DNA of 64,000 bases, taken from the NCBI GenBank assembly GCA_944362545.1, contig CALVTJ010000003.1, positions 54,006-118,005 on the forward strand. The letters run 5' to 3'. Under the pieces are notes generated by a model, which was not told the DNA's origin, made no database searches, and saw only the letters and a list, made by a program, of their open reading frames with translations. Source of the stretch: an uncultured Clostridia bacterium. Its GTDB lineage: Bacteria > Bacillota > Clostridia > Christensenellales > UBA1242. The translations under genes and the position numbers were made by a program. This document shows positions 47,853 through 57,876 of this stretch, one piece after another (position 1 is the stretch's first letter; every line of letters begins with the position of its first letter).

Positions 47853-48068
47853 ATGGATGTTGATATCATTTTTAAAATTGCAGCCATTGGTATCTTGACC
47901 GCTGTTGTAAGTCAAATTTTGAAAAACAGTGGCAAAGAGGACATCTCCACTTTGGCAACACTTGCGGGAGTGGTCATTGTTTTGTTTATGGTTTTAGGCA
48001 TGATAGGCGACCTTTTTACTTCCATCCGCACAATATTCAATTTTGCAAGCATCATGCCGAATCTGTGA
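47853..48068 (+). CDS. spoIIIAC: Stage III sporulation protein AC
   Basis: MDVDIIFKIAAIGIL.AV..QILK..GKE. Confidence 0.95.
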   Translation: MDVDIIFKIAAIGILTAVVSQILKNSGKEDISTLATLAGVVIVLFMVLGMIGDLFTSIRTIFNFASIMPNL

Positions 48069-48090
48069 AAGCGTGTTAAAGGAGAATGCT

Positions 48091-48483
48091 ATGGACACTC
48101 TTTACAAAATTTTGGGTATCGCGCTTGTCACTTGTGTGGCGTGTTTGATCGTCAAACCAGTCAGACCTGATTTTGCAGTTTTCCTGTCGATTGTCGGCGG
48201 AATTATCATTATCTTCTACCTTCTGTCCTACATTTCCAGCATTTTTGACATCTTTGACAACATCTTTCAAATCTCTGGCATAAATGGCTCGCTCTATTCT
48301 GTCATTTTCAAAATCATAGGCGTTGGCTATCTGACAGAATTTACTGCCAGCATTTGCACTGACAGCGGAAACAGTAGCCTTGGCGACAAGGTTTTACTTG
48401 GTGGGAAAATCATCATTCTTGTCATGGCTCTCCCAATTGTGACAAGCATTTTGGACATTGTCATGGAGATTCTGCCTCAATGA
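48091..48483 (+). CDS. spoIIIAD: Stage III sporulation protein AD
   Basis: KI.G..YLTEF...IC.DSG..S...KV...GKI.I..MA.PI. Confidence 0.95.
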   Translation: MDTLYKILGIALVTCVACLIVKPVRPDFAVFLSIVGGIIIIFYLLSYISSIFDIFDNIFQISGINGSLYSVIFKIIGVGYLTEFTASICTDSGNSSLGDKVLLGGKIIILVMALPIVTSILDIVMEILPQ

Positions 48484-49751
48484 CAATTTGGAAAAAACGG
48501 AAAAACTTTTTTCGAAGAAGGGAGAGAAAAAGAAAGTTTCTTCCATTTTTGGTGGTGCTTGTGATTTTTGTTTCGTGTTTTTATGGGCGCATTGATGCGA
48601 CAGGCGATTTTGTGCCAAATGTCGCATATGCCACATCGGTAAACGACAACGAAGAACTTGAACAAGAACTTACAGAAGAAGTGGAAAGTCAACTTCAAAA
48701 CCTTGACTTTTCCGCCATTGAGGATGTTGTGACACGGCTGAACAGTGAAGCAAAAAATCTGTTTGGAGGCTCTTCATTTGCCGACAAGGTCATGTATGTC
48801 ATCTCTGGAGAATATGCCGACTCATCACAAAGTTTCTTTGGCTCGGTCTTGTCAATTTTCTGGTCCGGGCTGAAGGGCTATTTACCAATCATTGCCAGTA
48901 TAATTTCCATATCAATTTTGGGCGGAATGGTGGCAAACTTAAAGCCGGTCTCAAACGGCAAGTCGGTCGGCAATATCATCCATTTTGTCACATATGGCAT
49001 TGTCATCATCTTTCTTGGCACAACGCTTGTGCAAATCATAAAACTCACCACTGACACATTGACAACGATCAAAAACCTTTTTGATGGGATCTTTCCAATT
49101 TTGATGACACTTTTGACAGCAGTGGGCGGAACGGTATCGGTCGGCATTTATCAGCCAGCAATCGCACTTTTGAGCAACGCATTTATTTCGCTTATAACCT
49201 ATCTTCTTCTTCCGCTTTTCATTTTCTCAATGGTCTTTTCCATTGTCGGAAACCTGTCAAATAATGTTCATCTTGACAAATTTGTAGCATTTTTGCAGGG
49301 AGCATTCAAGTGGACAATTGGACTATGTTTTACAATCTTTTTGGGCTTTGTCAGCATTCAGGGCATCATGGCAGGAGCGGTGGATGGTCTTTCAATAAGA
49401 ACCGCTAAATATGCCATCAAAAGTTATATTCCAATCGTGGGCGGATATGTCTCAGATGGTCTATCCATCATCATGGCATCAAGTGTTCTTATCAAAAATG
49501 CGGTTGGTGGTGTAGGTCTTTTCTTGCTTCTTTCCACTGTCATCTCGCCGGTTTTAAACCTTGCCATTTTTATTTTATCATTGAAGTTTATGGCAGGCAT
49601 AATTGAACCGATTGGCGACAGAAAAATTGCAAGTTTTGTGGGAGATATCTCAAAAAGTTTGTCACTTTTGGTGGCGCTTTTGGTGGCAGTGTCGTTTATG
49701 TATTTTGTCCTGACAGGGCTTGTCATGTGCAGTGCAAATTTGGTTGTTTAA
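48480..49751 (+). CDS. spoIIIAE: Stage III sporulation protein AE
   Basis: Multi-TM; RTAKYA...IP.VGG.VSD, IKNAVG..G. Confidence 0.93.
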   Translation: MTIWKKRKNFFRRRERKRKFLPFLVVLVIFVSCFYGRIDATGDFVPNVAYATSVNDNEELEQELTEEVESQLQNLDFSAIEDVVTRLNSEAKNLFGGSSFADKVMYVISGEYADSSQSFFGSVLSIFWSGLKGYLPIIASIISISILGGMVANLKPVSNGKSVGNIIHFVTYGIVIIFLGTTLVQIIKLTTDTLTTIKNLFDGIFPILMTLLTAVGGTVSVGIYQPAIALLSNAFISLITYLLLPLFIFSMVFSIVGNLSNNVHLDKFVAFLQGAFKWTIGLCFTIFLGFVSIQGIMAGAVDGLSIRTAKYAIKSYIPIVGGYVSDGLSIIMASSVLIKNAVGGVGLFLLLSTVISPVLNLAIFILSLKFMAGIIEPIGDRKIASFVGDISKSLSLLVALLVAVSFMYFVLTGLVMCSANLVV

Positions 49752-49769
49752 CCTTAAAAGGAGAAGAAC

Positions 49770-50267
49770 ATGGGGGCGGTTTCAAGTTGGCTTTTGTCCA
49801 TTGCCGGAGTGATTATTTTGAGTGTACTTGCCGAGTTTGTTCTGCCGGATGGGCAGATAAACAGATATATAAAAGTGATCTTTTCTTTTGTCACTTTGCT
49901 AGTGATAATTTTGCCACTTCCAAACCTTTTCGGCAAAGAATTTGACCTGTCAAAGTTTTTTGGAAGTGAAAGTGAAAATTTGCAGGAGAACTATCTCTAT
50001 CAACTCAATCTTGACAAACTCACAGCACTTCAAAAGGATATCACAGATGATATATCCAAAAGCGGACTGAAAAATGTGGAGGTATCCATCAATGCAAACA
50101 TCTTAGAGGAAGATTTGAAAATTTTGAGCATTTATGTCGATTTGTGCGAAATTGAATATGCGGATAATTTTGAAAATAAAAATATTCAAACGGCAAAAAC
50201 GGTGATAAGAGAGATATTGGATGATTATTCCATTTTGAGTGGTGTGGAGGTGCAATTTAATGAATAA
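49770..50267 (+). CDS. spoIIIAF: Stage III sporulation protein AF
   Basis: W...I.......E..LP.G...RYIK.I......I..P; operon position. Confidence 0.88.
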   Translation: MGAVSSWLLSIAGVIILSVLAEFVLPDGQINRYIKVIFSFVTLLVIILPLPNLFGKEFDLSKFFGSESENLQENYLYQLNLDKLTALQKDITDDISKSGLKNVEVSINANILEEDLKILSIYVDLCEIEYADNFENKNIQTAKTVIREILDDYSILSGVEVQFNE

Positions 50268-50778
50268 AGTTAAAGAATTGTGGAATAGGCTCAAACAAAT
50301 CAAACACTTTGAGATTTATCTTGCGGTGCTGGTGGGGATTGTGGTGTGCGTGATTTACTTTTCGTTTTTTGGAGGTGGAAGCACTGACAACAACAACAAT
50401 AATTCGACAGAAAATCCGACTACTGCTCAGGAATATGTGGACATGCTTGAGAATAAACTTGTTAATGTATTGTCCAAGATTTCTGGTGCAGGCAAGTGCG
50501 AAGTGATAATCACACTGGAGAGTGGATTTTCTTATGAATATGCCACCGACAGTGAAACTCAAACGACCACATCGGGTGGCACAGAAACGACAATCAAAAC
50601 AGAGACCATCATATTGGTGTCAGGAGAGCCTGTGATAATCAAAGAGAATTATCCAGAGATAAAGGGGGTGGTTGTTGTTGCAGAGGGTGCGAAAGACTTT
50701 TCAGTTTTGATGAACATTCAAAGTGCCATAGAAACAGCGCTTGAGGTGGAAGCAAGCGACATAACAATTCTTTCATAA
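50260..50778 (+). CDS. spoIIIAG: Stage III sporulation protein AG
   Basis: LE.KL..VLSKI.GAG..EV.ITL, P.IKGVVVVAEGA. Confidence 0.92.
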   Translation: MNKVKELWNRLKQIKHFEIYLAVLVGIVVCVIYFSFFGGGSTDNNNNNSTENPTTAQEYVDMLENKLVNVLSKISGAGKCEVIITLESGFSYEYATDSETQTTTSGGTETTIKTETIILVSGEPVIIKENYPEIKGVVVVAEGAKDFSVLMNIQSAIETALEVEASDITILS

Positions 50779-50791
50779 AAGGAGTAAAAAC

Positions 50792-51259
50792 ATGAAAAAA
50801 AGAACAAAAATCATCATTCTAACACTTATGATAGTTTTGCTTGGAGTGACAGGATATCTTAACATCATGCTCAACGACAACATCAAGCAGACCAACACAA
50901 ATGTGACAACGACAAGTTATTTCACATCTTACAGAAACGATAGAGAAAGCACTCGTGACCAAGAGATTTTGTATTATGATGCCATCATCGACAGCGACTC
51001 ATCAACAGAAACCGCTATTGCGGCAGCGGAAGCGGCAAAACTTGACCTTATTGAAACAATGGAAAAGGAACTTGCCGTTGAAGGACTTATCAAGGCGCAG
51101 GGATTTGCTGATTGTGTGATTGCCATTTCCGACACAAAAGTCAATGTGGTTGTTCAAAGCGCAACACTTACAGAAAACGAAGTTGCACAAATTTCCACCA
51201 TTGTTATGGAACAACTTGGCACAGAACTTAGAAATATTGTGATAATTCCAGCAGAATAG
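50792..51259 (+). CDS. spoIIIAH: Stage III sporulation protein AH
   Basis: TM-GYLN, YF...R..RE..R, E.LIKA.GF.D.V. Confidence 0.9.
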   Translation: MKKRTKIIILTLMIVLLGVTGYLNIMLNDNIKQTNTNVTTTSYFTSYRNDRESTRDQEILYYDAIIDSDSSTETAIAAAEAAKLDLIETMEKELAVEGLIKAQGFADCVIAISDTKVNVVVQSATLTENEVAQISTIVMEQLGTELRNIVIIPAE

Positions 51260-51319
51260 TTTGCAAAATTGTGCCACATATGATAAAATACCATTGTTAA
51301 ACAACACAAGGAGAAGGTT

Positions 51320-51691
51320 ATGGCAACAAAAAACCAAGACACCAACAATGGCAAAATCACATTGGACAGAAAAATTCTTGTCTCAATCATCAACTTGGCA
51401 GCAAAGGAAATCAACGGCGTGGAAAGTGTGACAAATTCTGCACGACCTTGGTATAAAAAACTCTTCAATCGCTATGATGATGGAGTGGAAATCAAGTTTG
51501 AAAAAAATGGCGCACTCACGGTGGATGTTTATATCAACATTTACATCGGTTTCAGCGTGCCTGACATTGCATACAGAGTGCAGGAAAACATAAGAAATTC
51601 ACTTGCAACAATGGTTGCACTCAAACCACTGAAAATAAACATCCATGTCATCAATGTTGAATGCGACAAAGAGGTGCCAGAAAATGCGTAA
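51320..51691 (+). CDS. Asp23/Gls24 family protein (YqhY-like)
   Basis: G.I.....I...AA.E..GV, VD.YI....G..VPDIA..VQE; precedes nusB. Confidence 0.88.
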   Translation: MATKNQDTNNGKITLDRKILVSIINLAAKEINGVESVTNSARPWYKKLFNRYDDGVEIKFEKNGALTVDVYINIYIGFSVPDIAYRVQENIRNSLATMVALKPLKINIHVINVECDKEVPENA

Positions 51692-52064
51692 TGATGCACG
51701 CGAAAATGCCTTTAAATTGATTTTTGAGGGTTTGTTTCACGAATGTGATGAAAATCTTTCAAAAGAAAATCTTGTGGTGCTGAAAAAAGAAGAGGATGAA
51801 AAGTTTTTTGAAGATATCATGAAGGCTTTTGATGAACATCATGAAGGACTCAAAACAGACATCAAAGAACATCTCAAAAACTTCGAATATGACCGACTTT
51901 TCAAAATTGACCTTGCCGTTATCTTTTTGATTTTGACCGAGGTCAAGTTTTGCGGAACGCCAAAAGCTGTTGCCATCAATGAAGGCTTGAACATTGCAAA
52001 AAAATATAGCACTGACAAGTCATCAAAATTTATAAACGGCATTGTGTCTGCCATAATCAATTAA
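51684..52064 (+). CDS. nusB: Transcription antitermination factor NusB
   Basis: R..ARE.AF..IF, P..VAINE...IAKKY....S.KFINGI. Confidence 0.93.
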   Translation: MRNDARENAFKLIFEGLFHECDENLSKENLVVLKKEEDEKFFEDIMKAFDEHHEGLKTDIKEHLKNFEYDRLFKIDLAVIFLILTEVKFCGTPKAVAINEGLNIAKKYSTDKSSKFINGIVSAIIN

Positions 52065-52068
52065 GAAA

Positions 52069-53262
52069 ATGCCAAATTCAAATTTCACTTTGACAGTGAC
52101 AAAATTCAATAGCATCGTTAGAGACATCTTTAACGCGGAAGAACTTCTCCACAACATCAAAATCGTTGGAGAAGTTTTTGGCGTTTCTATGTCAAAATTG
52201 GCGGTGTATTTTTCATTAAAAGATGAAGCAAGTTCGCTTCCATGTGTCTGCTTTTATGGTGACATCATGAGTGGAATAAATGAAGGTGATTCGGTTGTGG
52301 TCACAGGAAGTCCAAACTTTTACACAAAGAGTGGAAGATTCAATTTTGTCGTGTCAAAGGTCGAACCATATGGACAAGGGCTTTTGTTTCAAAAGTTTTT
52401 GGAACTGAAAGCAAAACTTGAAAAAGAAGGACTCTTTGACCAAGCACACAAAAAACCAATTCCAAAGGATGTCAAGCGCATTGGCGTGGTCACATCAAAA
52501 GATGGTGCGGTCATTCAGGATATCAAAAATGTGACTTGGCGAAGAAATCCGGGCATTGACATTGTGCTCTACGACACAAAAGTGCAAGGCTATGGTGCGG
52601 AAAATGAAATTGCCAAGGGTATTGAATTTTTCTCTAACTATGACAAAGTGGACATTGTCATTGTAGCACGCGGTGGCGGAAGTTTGGAAGATTTGTCTGC
52701 ATATAACACCGAAATAGTGGCACGGGCAACTTATGCGTGCAAAAAACCGATTGTCTCGGCGGTTGGACATGAAACAGATTTCACAATCATCGACTTTGTC
52801 TCCGACCTTCGTGCTCCAACGCCAAGTGCGGCGGCAGAACTTGTCACAAGAGACACTAAGTCGCAAAAAGAAACGTTAAAAAAAGAAGTCTCGCGCCTTT
52901 CAAGGTGGCTTGACAGTTTTGTTGCTGAAAAAAATATGCAACTTCAAACAGACAAAGAAAACCTGCTCTCACTTGTGCAAAATATGCTTGACAAAAAGAA
53001 GAGCGAATTTCAAAAACTGACCATAAACCTTTCAAACAAACTTGCAGAATTTGTCAAAGAGAAAGATTTTGACTTGAAACTCAAACTTGCAACACTAAAA
53101 AAACTTAATCCGCTTGACATATTATCGCAAGGATATGCTAAAATAGAACAAAACGGAAAGGTTGTTTCAAAAGCGGAGGATGTGCAGTTTGACAGCAGTC
53201 TTGAGATAAACTTTGCAGATGGCTCTGTCAACGCGATTCCACAGAGAAAGGAGAGAAAATGA
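52069..53262 (+). CDS. xseA: Exodeoxyribonuclease VII large subunit
   Basis: YFSLKD, IGVVTS..GAV..DI, RGGGS.EDL, SAVGHETDFTI.DFV.D.RAPTPSAAAE. Confidence 0.97.
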   Translation: MPNSNFTLTVTKFNSIVRDIFNAEELLHNIKIVGEVFGVSMSKLAVYFSLKDEASSLPCVCFYGDIMSGINEGDSVVVTGSPNFYTKSGRFNFVVSKVEPYGQGLLFQKFLELKAKLEKEGLFDQAHKKPIPKDVKRIGVVTSKDGAVIQDIKNVTWRRNPGIDIVLYDTKVQGYGAENEIAKGIEFFSNYDKVDIVIVARGGGSLEDLSAYNTEIVARATYACKKPIVSAVGHETDFTIIDFVSDLRAPTPSAAAELVTRDTKSQKETLKKEVSRLSRWLDSFVAEKNMQLQTDKENLLSLVQNMLDKKKSEFQKLTINLSNKLAEFVKEKDFDLKLKLATLKKLNPLDILSQGYAKIEQNGKVVSKAEDVQFDSSLEINFADGSVNAIPQRKERK

Positions 53263-53462
53263 ACTACGAAGATGCAGTGAAAGAAATGGAAGAAATCATT
53301 GAAAAGTTGGAAAGGGAACAACTTCCACTCAAAAAGGCGCAGGAACTTTTTGAACGAGCAAGCCAACTTGCCAAGTTTTCACAAGAGGAACTTTCAAAGA
53401 CCACTGGAAAACTCTATCAAATCAAGCAAGAACTTGACAAAATCACGGAGGAGGAAGCATGA
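53259..53462 (+). CDS. xseB: Exodeoxyribonuclease VII small subunit
   Basis: YE.A..E.EEI..KLE...LPL......FER; coupled to xseA. Confidence 0.92.
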   Translation: MNYEDAVKEMEEIIEKLEREQLPLKKAQELFERASQLAKFSQEELSKTTGKLYQIKQELDKITEEEA

Positions 53463-55210
53463 AAATTAGCAAACTTGTCGGCAAGCGTGTCAAAGAAACA
53501 CCAAACAACGCGACAATCAAAAGTCACATTTTGCTTTTGCGCGCAGGCTATATCAAACAGGTTGGTGCGGGCATTTTTTCTCTACTTCCACCAGCACAGA
53601 GAGTCAGTTTGAAAATTCAAAAAATCATTCGCGAAGAGATGAACAAAATTGGTGGACAAGAAGTGTTGTTTCCTGTCGTTATGCCACGTGAACTTTGGGA
53701 CATGAGTGGAAGATACTCTTCAATCAAAGAAGAAATGGTAAGGTTCAAAGACCGCACAGGGCATGATATGCTTCTTGGCATGACTCATGAAGAGGCTGCG
53801 GTGCACATGATGATGAACACCGCCACAAGTCACGAAGATTTGCCGGTGATGATTTATCAAATTCAAACCAAGTTTCGTGATGAAGCAAGACCAAGAGGCG
53901 GACTTATCAGAGTGAGAGAGTTCACAATGAAAGATGCCTATTCTTTTCATACTTCACAGGAAGATTTGGATGTTTATTACAAAAAGGTGTATGACACCTA
54001 CATAAGAATTTACAAACGCCTTGGCTTTAAAAACTTTGTTGTGGTTGAGGGAGACAACGGTATAATGGGCGGAAAGGTCTCTCATGAGTATATGGAAGTG
54101 ACCGATGTCGGCGAAGACAGCCTTGTTATCTGTCCAAAGTGCGGTTATAGCAGCAACATGGAAGTGGCAGTTTCGGTTAAAGATGAAAACGACCACACCA
54201 TTGCAGGTGAAAAGGAAGAAGTTTTCACTGGCAACGCGCACACCATTGAAGAAGTTTGTAAATTCTTGGAAATAGATGCCAAACACACAGCAAAAGCGGT
54301 GTGCTACAAAACTGCCACAGATGGAAAACTTGTCATTGCCTTTCTTCGTGGCGACCACGAAATCAATGAAAGCAAACTTGCAAAACAGGTCAAAAGCGAG
54401 TTGGAAGCGGTGGATGTTGAAGAAGAATTTAGCTTGCCAGCGGGAAACATCGGCATGCTGAATTTGAATGTTCCAGAAGGCTCACACATCTTCTTTGATT
54501 TGTCACTCAAAGGACTTGAAAACCTTGTGACCGGGGCAAACAAAAAGGATTTTCACATCAAAAATGTCAGCATGACAAGAGATTTGCCTGATGTAAACTA
54601 TGTCGACATCTCACTTGTAAAACAGGGCGAAAAATGTGTTCGTTGTGGTGAAACTCTCAATTTGACAAGGGGAATTGAAATTGGAAACATCTTCCAACTT
54701 GGAACAAAATACACCAAGGCAATGGGTATGAAAGTAAACATGCCGGATGGTTCGGCAAAAGAACCTATCATGGGTTGTTATGGCATTGGCATTGGCAGAT
54801 GTCTTGCCAGCATTGTGGAAGAAAAGGCGGATGACAAGGGGCTTATTTGGCCGATGACAATTGCTCCATGGCAAGTTTACTTGTGTCCACTTCGACTTGA
54901 CAACGAAAATGTCAGCGCCATTGCTGATGAACTCTACAAAAAAATGGAAGAAGCGGGTATGGAAGTTTTGTTTGATGACAGAAATGTATCAGCAGGGATA
55001 AAACTTACAGACAGCGAACTTATGGGCATGCCAATAAGAGTTGTTATCAGTCCAAAAACGCTGTCAAACGGCACGGCAGAAGTGACCATGCGTGGCAATG
55101 AGAAAGAGCCTCTGTTCATTCCTATTGGCGAACTTATTCCAGAACTCAAAGTCATGATTCAAGATGAAATTGATGACATTGAAGAATACGCAAACGGAAA
55201 AAATAACTAG
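53459..55210 (+). CDS. proS: Prolyl-tRNA synthetase (bacterial type, with editing domain)
   Basis: THEE, KFRDE.RPR.GL.R.REF.MKDAYSF, GIEIGNIFQLGTKY, MGCYGIG. Confidence 0.97.
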   Translation: MKISKLVGKRVKETPNNATIKSHILLLRAGYIKQVGAGIFSLLPPAQRVSLKIQKIIREEMNKIGGQEVLFPVVMPRELWDMSGRYSSIKEEMVRFKDRTGHDMLLGMTHEEAAVHMMMNTATSHEDLPVMIYQIQTKFRDEARPRGGLIRVREFTMKDAYSFHTSQEDLDVYYKKVYDTYIRIYKRLGFKNFVVVEGDNGIMGGKVSHEYMEVTDVGEDSLVICPKCGYSSNMEVAVSVKDENDHTIAGEKEEVFTGNAHTIEEVCKFLEIDAKHTAKAVCYKTATDGKLVIAFLRGDHEINESKLAKQVKSELEAVDVEEEFSLPAGNIGMLNLNVPEGSHIFFDLSLKGLENLVTGANKKDFHIKNVSMTRDLPDVNYVDISLVKQGEKCVRCGETLNLTRGIEIGNIFQLGTKYTKAMGMKVNMPDGSAKEPIMGCYGIGIGRCLASIVEEKADDKGLIWPMTIAPWQVYLCPLRLDNENVSAIADELYKKMEEAGMEVLFDDRNVSAGIKLTDSELMGMPIRVVISPKTLSNGTAEVTMRGNEKEPLFIPIGELIPELKVMIQDEIDDIEEYANGKNN

Positions 55211-55231
55211 ATTATTTGAAATACCAAGCAC

Positions 55232-55259
55232 AAAGACACACAACATATGTGTGTTTTTT
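55232..55259 (+). terminator. Terminator after proS
   Basis: AAAGACACACA-acata-TGTGTGTTTTTT. Confidence 0.65.
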
Positions 55260-55343
55260 GTTGACACAAAGCAAAAAATGAACATTTTGTTTGCTATATT
55301 TTTTTGAGAGATATATAATATCATATATATTATGGGGGTTATT

Positions 55344-56366
55344 ATGGATGAAAAAATCATCATAACTGGTGCAACAGGACATATCGGAAATGTTGTGGCG
55401 CGTAAACTTGTCGAACAGGGCAAGAAATTGACCGCTCTTGTTTTGCCAAACGAAGATTTGACACCTATAAAAGACTTAAATTTGGACATTGTTTATGGTG
55501 ATATAACTGACAAAGAAGCAGTGTTTAAACTGATTGAAAAAGACTCTATTGTTTTGCATTTTGCAGGCATTATTGACATAGGCACGATGGATGAAGAGAC
55601 CATTCGCAAGGTCAATATTGGTGGAACTGAAAACATTGTTGATGCTTGCGTTGGAAACAGAGCGAAAAAACTTATCTATTTGAGCACTGTGCATATCATA
55701 GATCAAGATGCAGGCGAAGTTTTGAAAGAACCGACTGAATTTGACAAAAACAAGGTGGTTGGCAATTATGCTAAAACCAAACTTGAAGCCACCAAATATA
55801 TTTTTGATGCCTGCCACGAAAGAGGGCTCAACGCCACAGTTTTGTATCCAAGCGGGGTGATTGGTCCTTATGACTTTAAAATTTCCGAACTCGGACAGGT
55901 CATTTTGGATTACATGAATCACAAACTTTTGGCTTATGTCAAAGGTGGCTACAACTTTGTCGATGTTAGAGATGTTGCCGATGCCACAATAAGAGCCATC
56001 ACCGATGGGAAAAAGGGCGAAGGCTATATTGTCAGCGGTTATAATGTTGATTTGAAGGAACTTTTGGGCATTATCAATGAAAAACTCGGAAGAAGAAAAT
56101 TCCCGCCAAAACTTGCACTTTGGTTTGTCAGAATGTTTGCCGGCCTTGCAAATGCCTATTACAAAGCCCGCAAAAAGAAACCTGTTTTTTCAAAATATTC
56201 TCTCTACACACTCAATGTAAACCATAATTTTAGCAATGAAAAAGCAAAACAAGAACTCGGTTTTAATCCAAGGTCTGTCAAAGACAGTGTGAGTGATGCT
56301 GTGGATTGGTTTATCAAAAACAAGCCGGAACTCGTGAATTTCAAAAAACTCAACATTGATGTCTAA
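55344..56366 (+). CDS. NAD-dependent epimerase/dehydratase (dihydroflavonol-reductase-like extended SDR)
   Basis: ITGATGHIG, GDI.D, H.AG, YAKTK, FVDVRDVA. Confidence 0.9.
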   Translation: MDEKIIITGATGHIGNVVARKLVEQGKKLTALVLPNEDLTPIKDLNLDIVYGDITDKEAVFKLIEKDSIVLHFAGIIDIGTMDEETIRKVNIGGTENIVDACVGNRAKKLIYLSTVHIIDQDAGEVLKEPTEFDKNKVVGNYAKTKLEATKYIFDACHERGLNATVLYPSGVIGPYDFKISELGQVILDYMNHKLLAYVKGGYNFVDVRDVADATIRAITDGKKGEGYIVSGYNVDLKELLGIINEKLGRRKFPPKLALWFVRMFAGLANAYYKARKKKPVFSKYSLYTLNVNHNFSNEKAKQELGFNPRSVKDSVSDAVDWFIKNKPELVNFKKLNIDV

Positions 56367-56501
56367 CACTTGTTTGACATCATGACAGGACGCAGACATT
56401 GTCGATTTAATACTAAAATATGGGATGATGACGCTTTGTGACAGTTAAACATATTGTCTTTAAACATCTTTGCATAAGCGGAGATGTTTTTGTCGCAATA
56501 T

Positions 56502-56531
56502 GTCCTAAACACAGGTTGTTGTCCATATAAT
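56502..56531 (+). promoter_or_regulatory. Putative sigmaE-type promoter
   Basis: GTCCTAAA-14 bp-CATATAAT; ATG 5 nt downstream. Confidence 0.45.
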
Positions 56532-56536
56532 AAAAC

Positions 56537-57163
56537 ATGAAGAAAAACAATCTGCATTGGGCTTTCAAGACTTTTGTGTTGTCCATCTTTTTGTCAATCG
56601 CATTCAGTGTGGTGTCACAAAGTCTGCTTCCAAATTTGTCCATCTTTTTGTCACTTTTTATCATTGCATTTTTCATTGTGTTCAGTGTGGCATTTGACAT
56701 GATAAGTGTGGCGGTGACATCAATAAAAATAGAACAAATTTATAAACATAAAGGCGAAAAAGGTTATCAAACAGCGGTCAAACTTTGTGAAAACACCGAA
56801 AAAGTCTCCTCCTTTTGCGGAGATGTGGTGGGCGACATTTGCGGAATCTTGAGCGGTGCAGGTGGGGTGAGTCTGGTGCTGAATATGCACATTTATGATG
56901 AGACACTCTACTTTCTTGCCACCTGTCTTGTAAGTTCAATCATTGCTGGGCTCACCATCTTTGGCAAAGCGGTTATGAAAAACTATTCAGTGGAAAAATG
57001 TGAAAAAGTCGTTATGAAAACGGCGGGCATAATGGAATTTTCTCCACTTGTTTGGTTGGAAAATGTGAAAAAACGAAAGGCATTAAAGCAGAGTAAACAG
57101 AAATCGAACGGCAAAGATGACACAAAAACAAAAAATTCTCAAAAAAATGTAAAAAATGATTGA
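56537..57163 (+). CDS. Membrane protein resembling a stand-alone CNNM/DUF21 transmembrane domain
   Basis: FDMI.VAVTS, A..L..N.EKVSSFC.DV.GDICGI.SG, T..GKA; no CBS domains. Confidence 0.7.
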   Translation: MKKNNLHWAFKTFVLSIFLSIAFSVVSQSLLPNLSIFLSLFIIAFFIVFSVAFDMISVAVTSIKIEQIYKHKGEKGYQTAVKLCENTEKVSSFCGDVVGDICGILSGAGGVSLVLNMHIYDETLYFLATCLVSSIIAGLTIFGKAVMKNYSVEKCEKVVMKTAGIMEFSPLVWLENVKKRKALKQSKQKSNGKDDTKTKNSQKNVKND

Positions 57164-57199
57164 CAAGTCCTGTTCATGTGTGTTAATATATGCCAGTAA

Positions 57200-57326
57200 G
57201 AAAGAAGAAGTTCACTTCTCACCCATCGAATTTCGTTTTGATGAGGTCAAAAATTTTAAGGTCTTTTCAAGACATAGTTTTTGATGTGTGATTTGGTGGA
57301 ACTTCTCGTTCTACCAAATTTTTTGT
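57200..57326 (+). promoter_or_regulatory. L20 leader RNA upstream of infC-rpmI-rplT
   Basis: AGAAGTTCACTTCTCACC...GTGGAACTTCT pairing and a terminal hairpin with T-run; TTGACA/TGnTAATAT promoter at 57160-57189. Confidence 0.7.
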
Positions 57327-57345
57327 TAAAAAGGAGATTACGACC

Positions 57346-57861
57346 ATTTTCAAGGAATTATTTATCAATGACCAAATCACAGCACGAGAGGTAAGACTCA
57401 TCGGAGCAAATGGAGAACAACTTGGCGTTCTTCCAAAGTCGAAAGCGCAGGAAATTGCCGACCAAGAGGGGCTTGACTTGGTGCTTATGTCACCAAGCGC
57501 AAATCCACCGGTTTGCAAACTTATGGACTATGGCAAATACAAATTTGACACAGTCAAAAAAGAAAAAGAACTTCGCAAAAACCAAAAAATCAGCGAAGTG
57601 AAAGAAATTCAACTTTCCATGAGAATTGATGATTATCACATCAGTTTCAAACTCAAAAATGCGCAAAAGATTTTGCAGGATGGCGACAAGGTCAAAGTTT
57701 CACTGCGCATGAGAGGCAGAGAACAGGCTTATTCAAAAAATGCTGTGGAAATTGTCAAAAAATTTGTTCAAGACTTGTCGGAATATGGTTCAATTGACAA
57801 AGAACCTGTGATTATGGGCAGAAATGTCTTTGTTGTAATCAACCCTAAAAAAGCGAAGTAA
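57346..57861 (+). CDS. infC: Translation initiation factor IF-3 (ATT start)
   Basis: In-frame ATT 9 nt after AAGGAG gives IFKELFINDQI.AREVRLIG.NGEQLG; PPVCK.MDYGKYKF, GDKVKV..R.RGRE. Confidence 0.95.
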   Translation: MFKELFINDQITAREVRLIGANGEQLGVLPKSKAQEIADQEGLDLVLMSPSANPPVCKLMDYGKYKFDTVKKEKELRKNQKISEVKEIQLSMRIDDYHISFKLKNAQKILQDGDKVKVSLRMRGREQAYSKNAVEIVKKFVQDLSEYGSIDKEPVIMGRNVFVVINPKKAK

Positions 57862-57876
57862 AAGGAGAGAATGAAA

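Noticed and set aside
55232-55259. ACACAACATATGTGTG as a further NrdR-like copy
   Set aside because: It lacks the TGCATAAT flank and is better explained as the proS terminator hairpin with T-run
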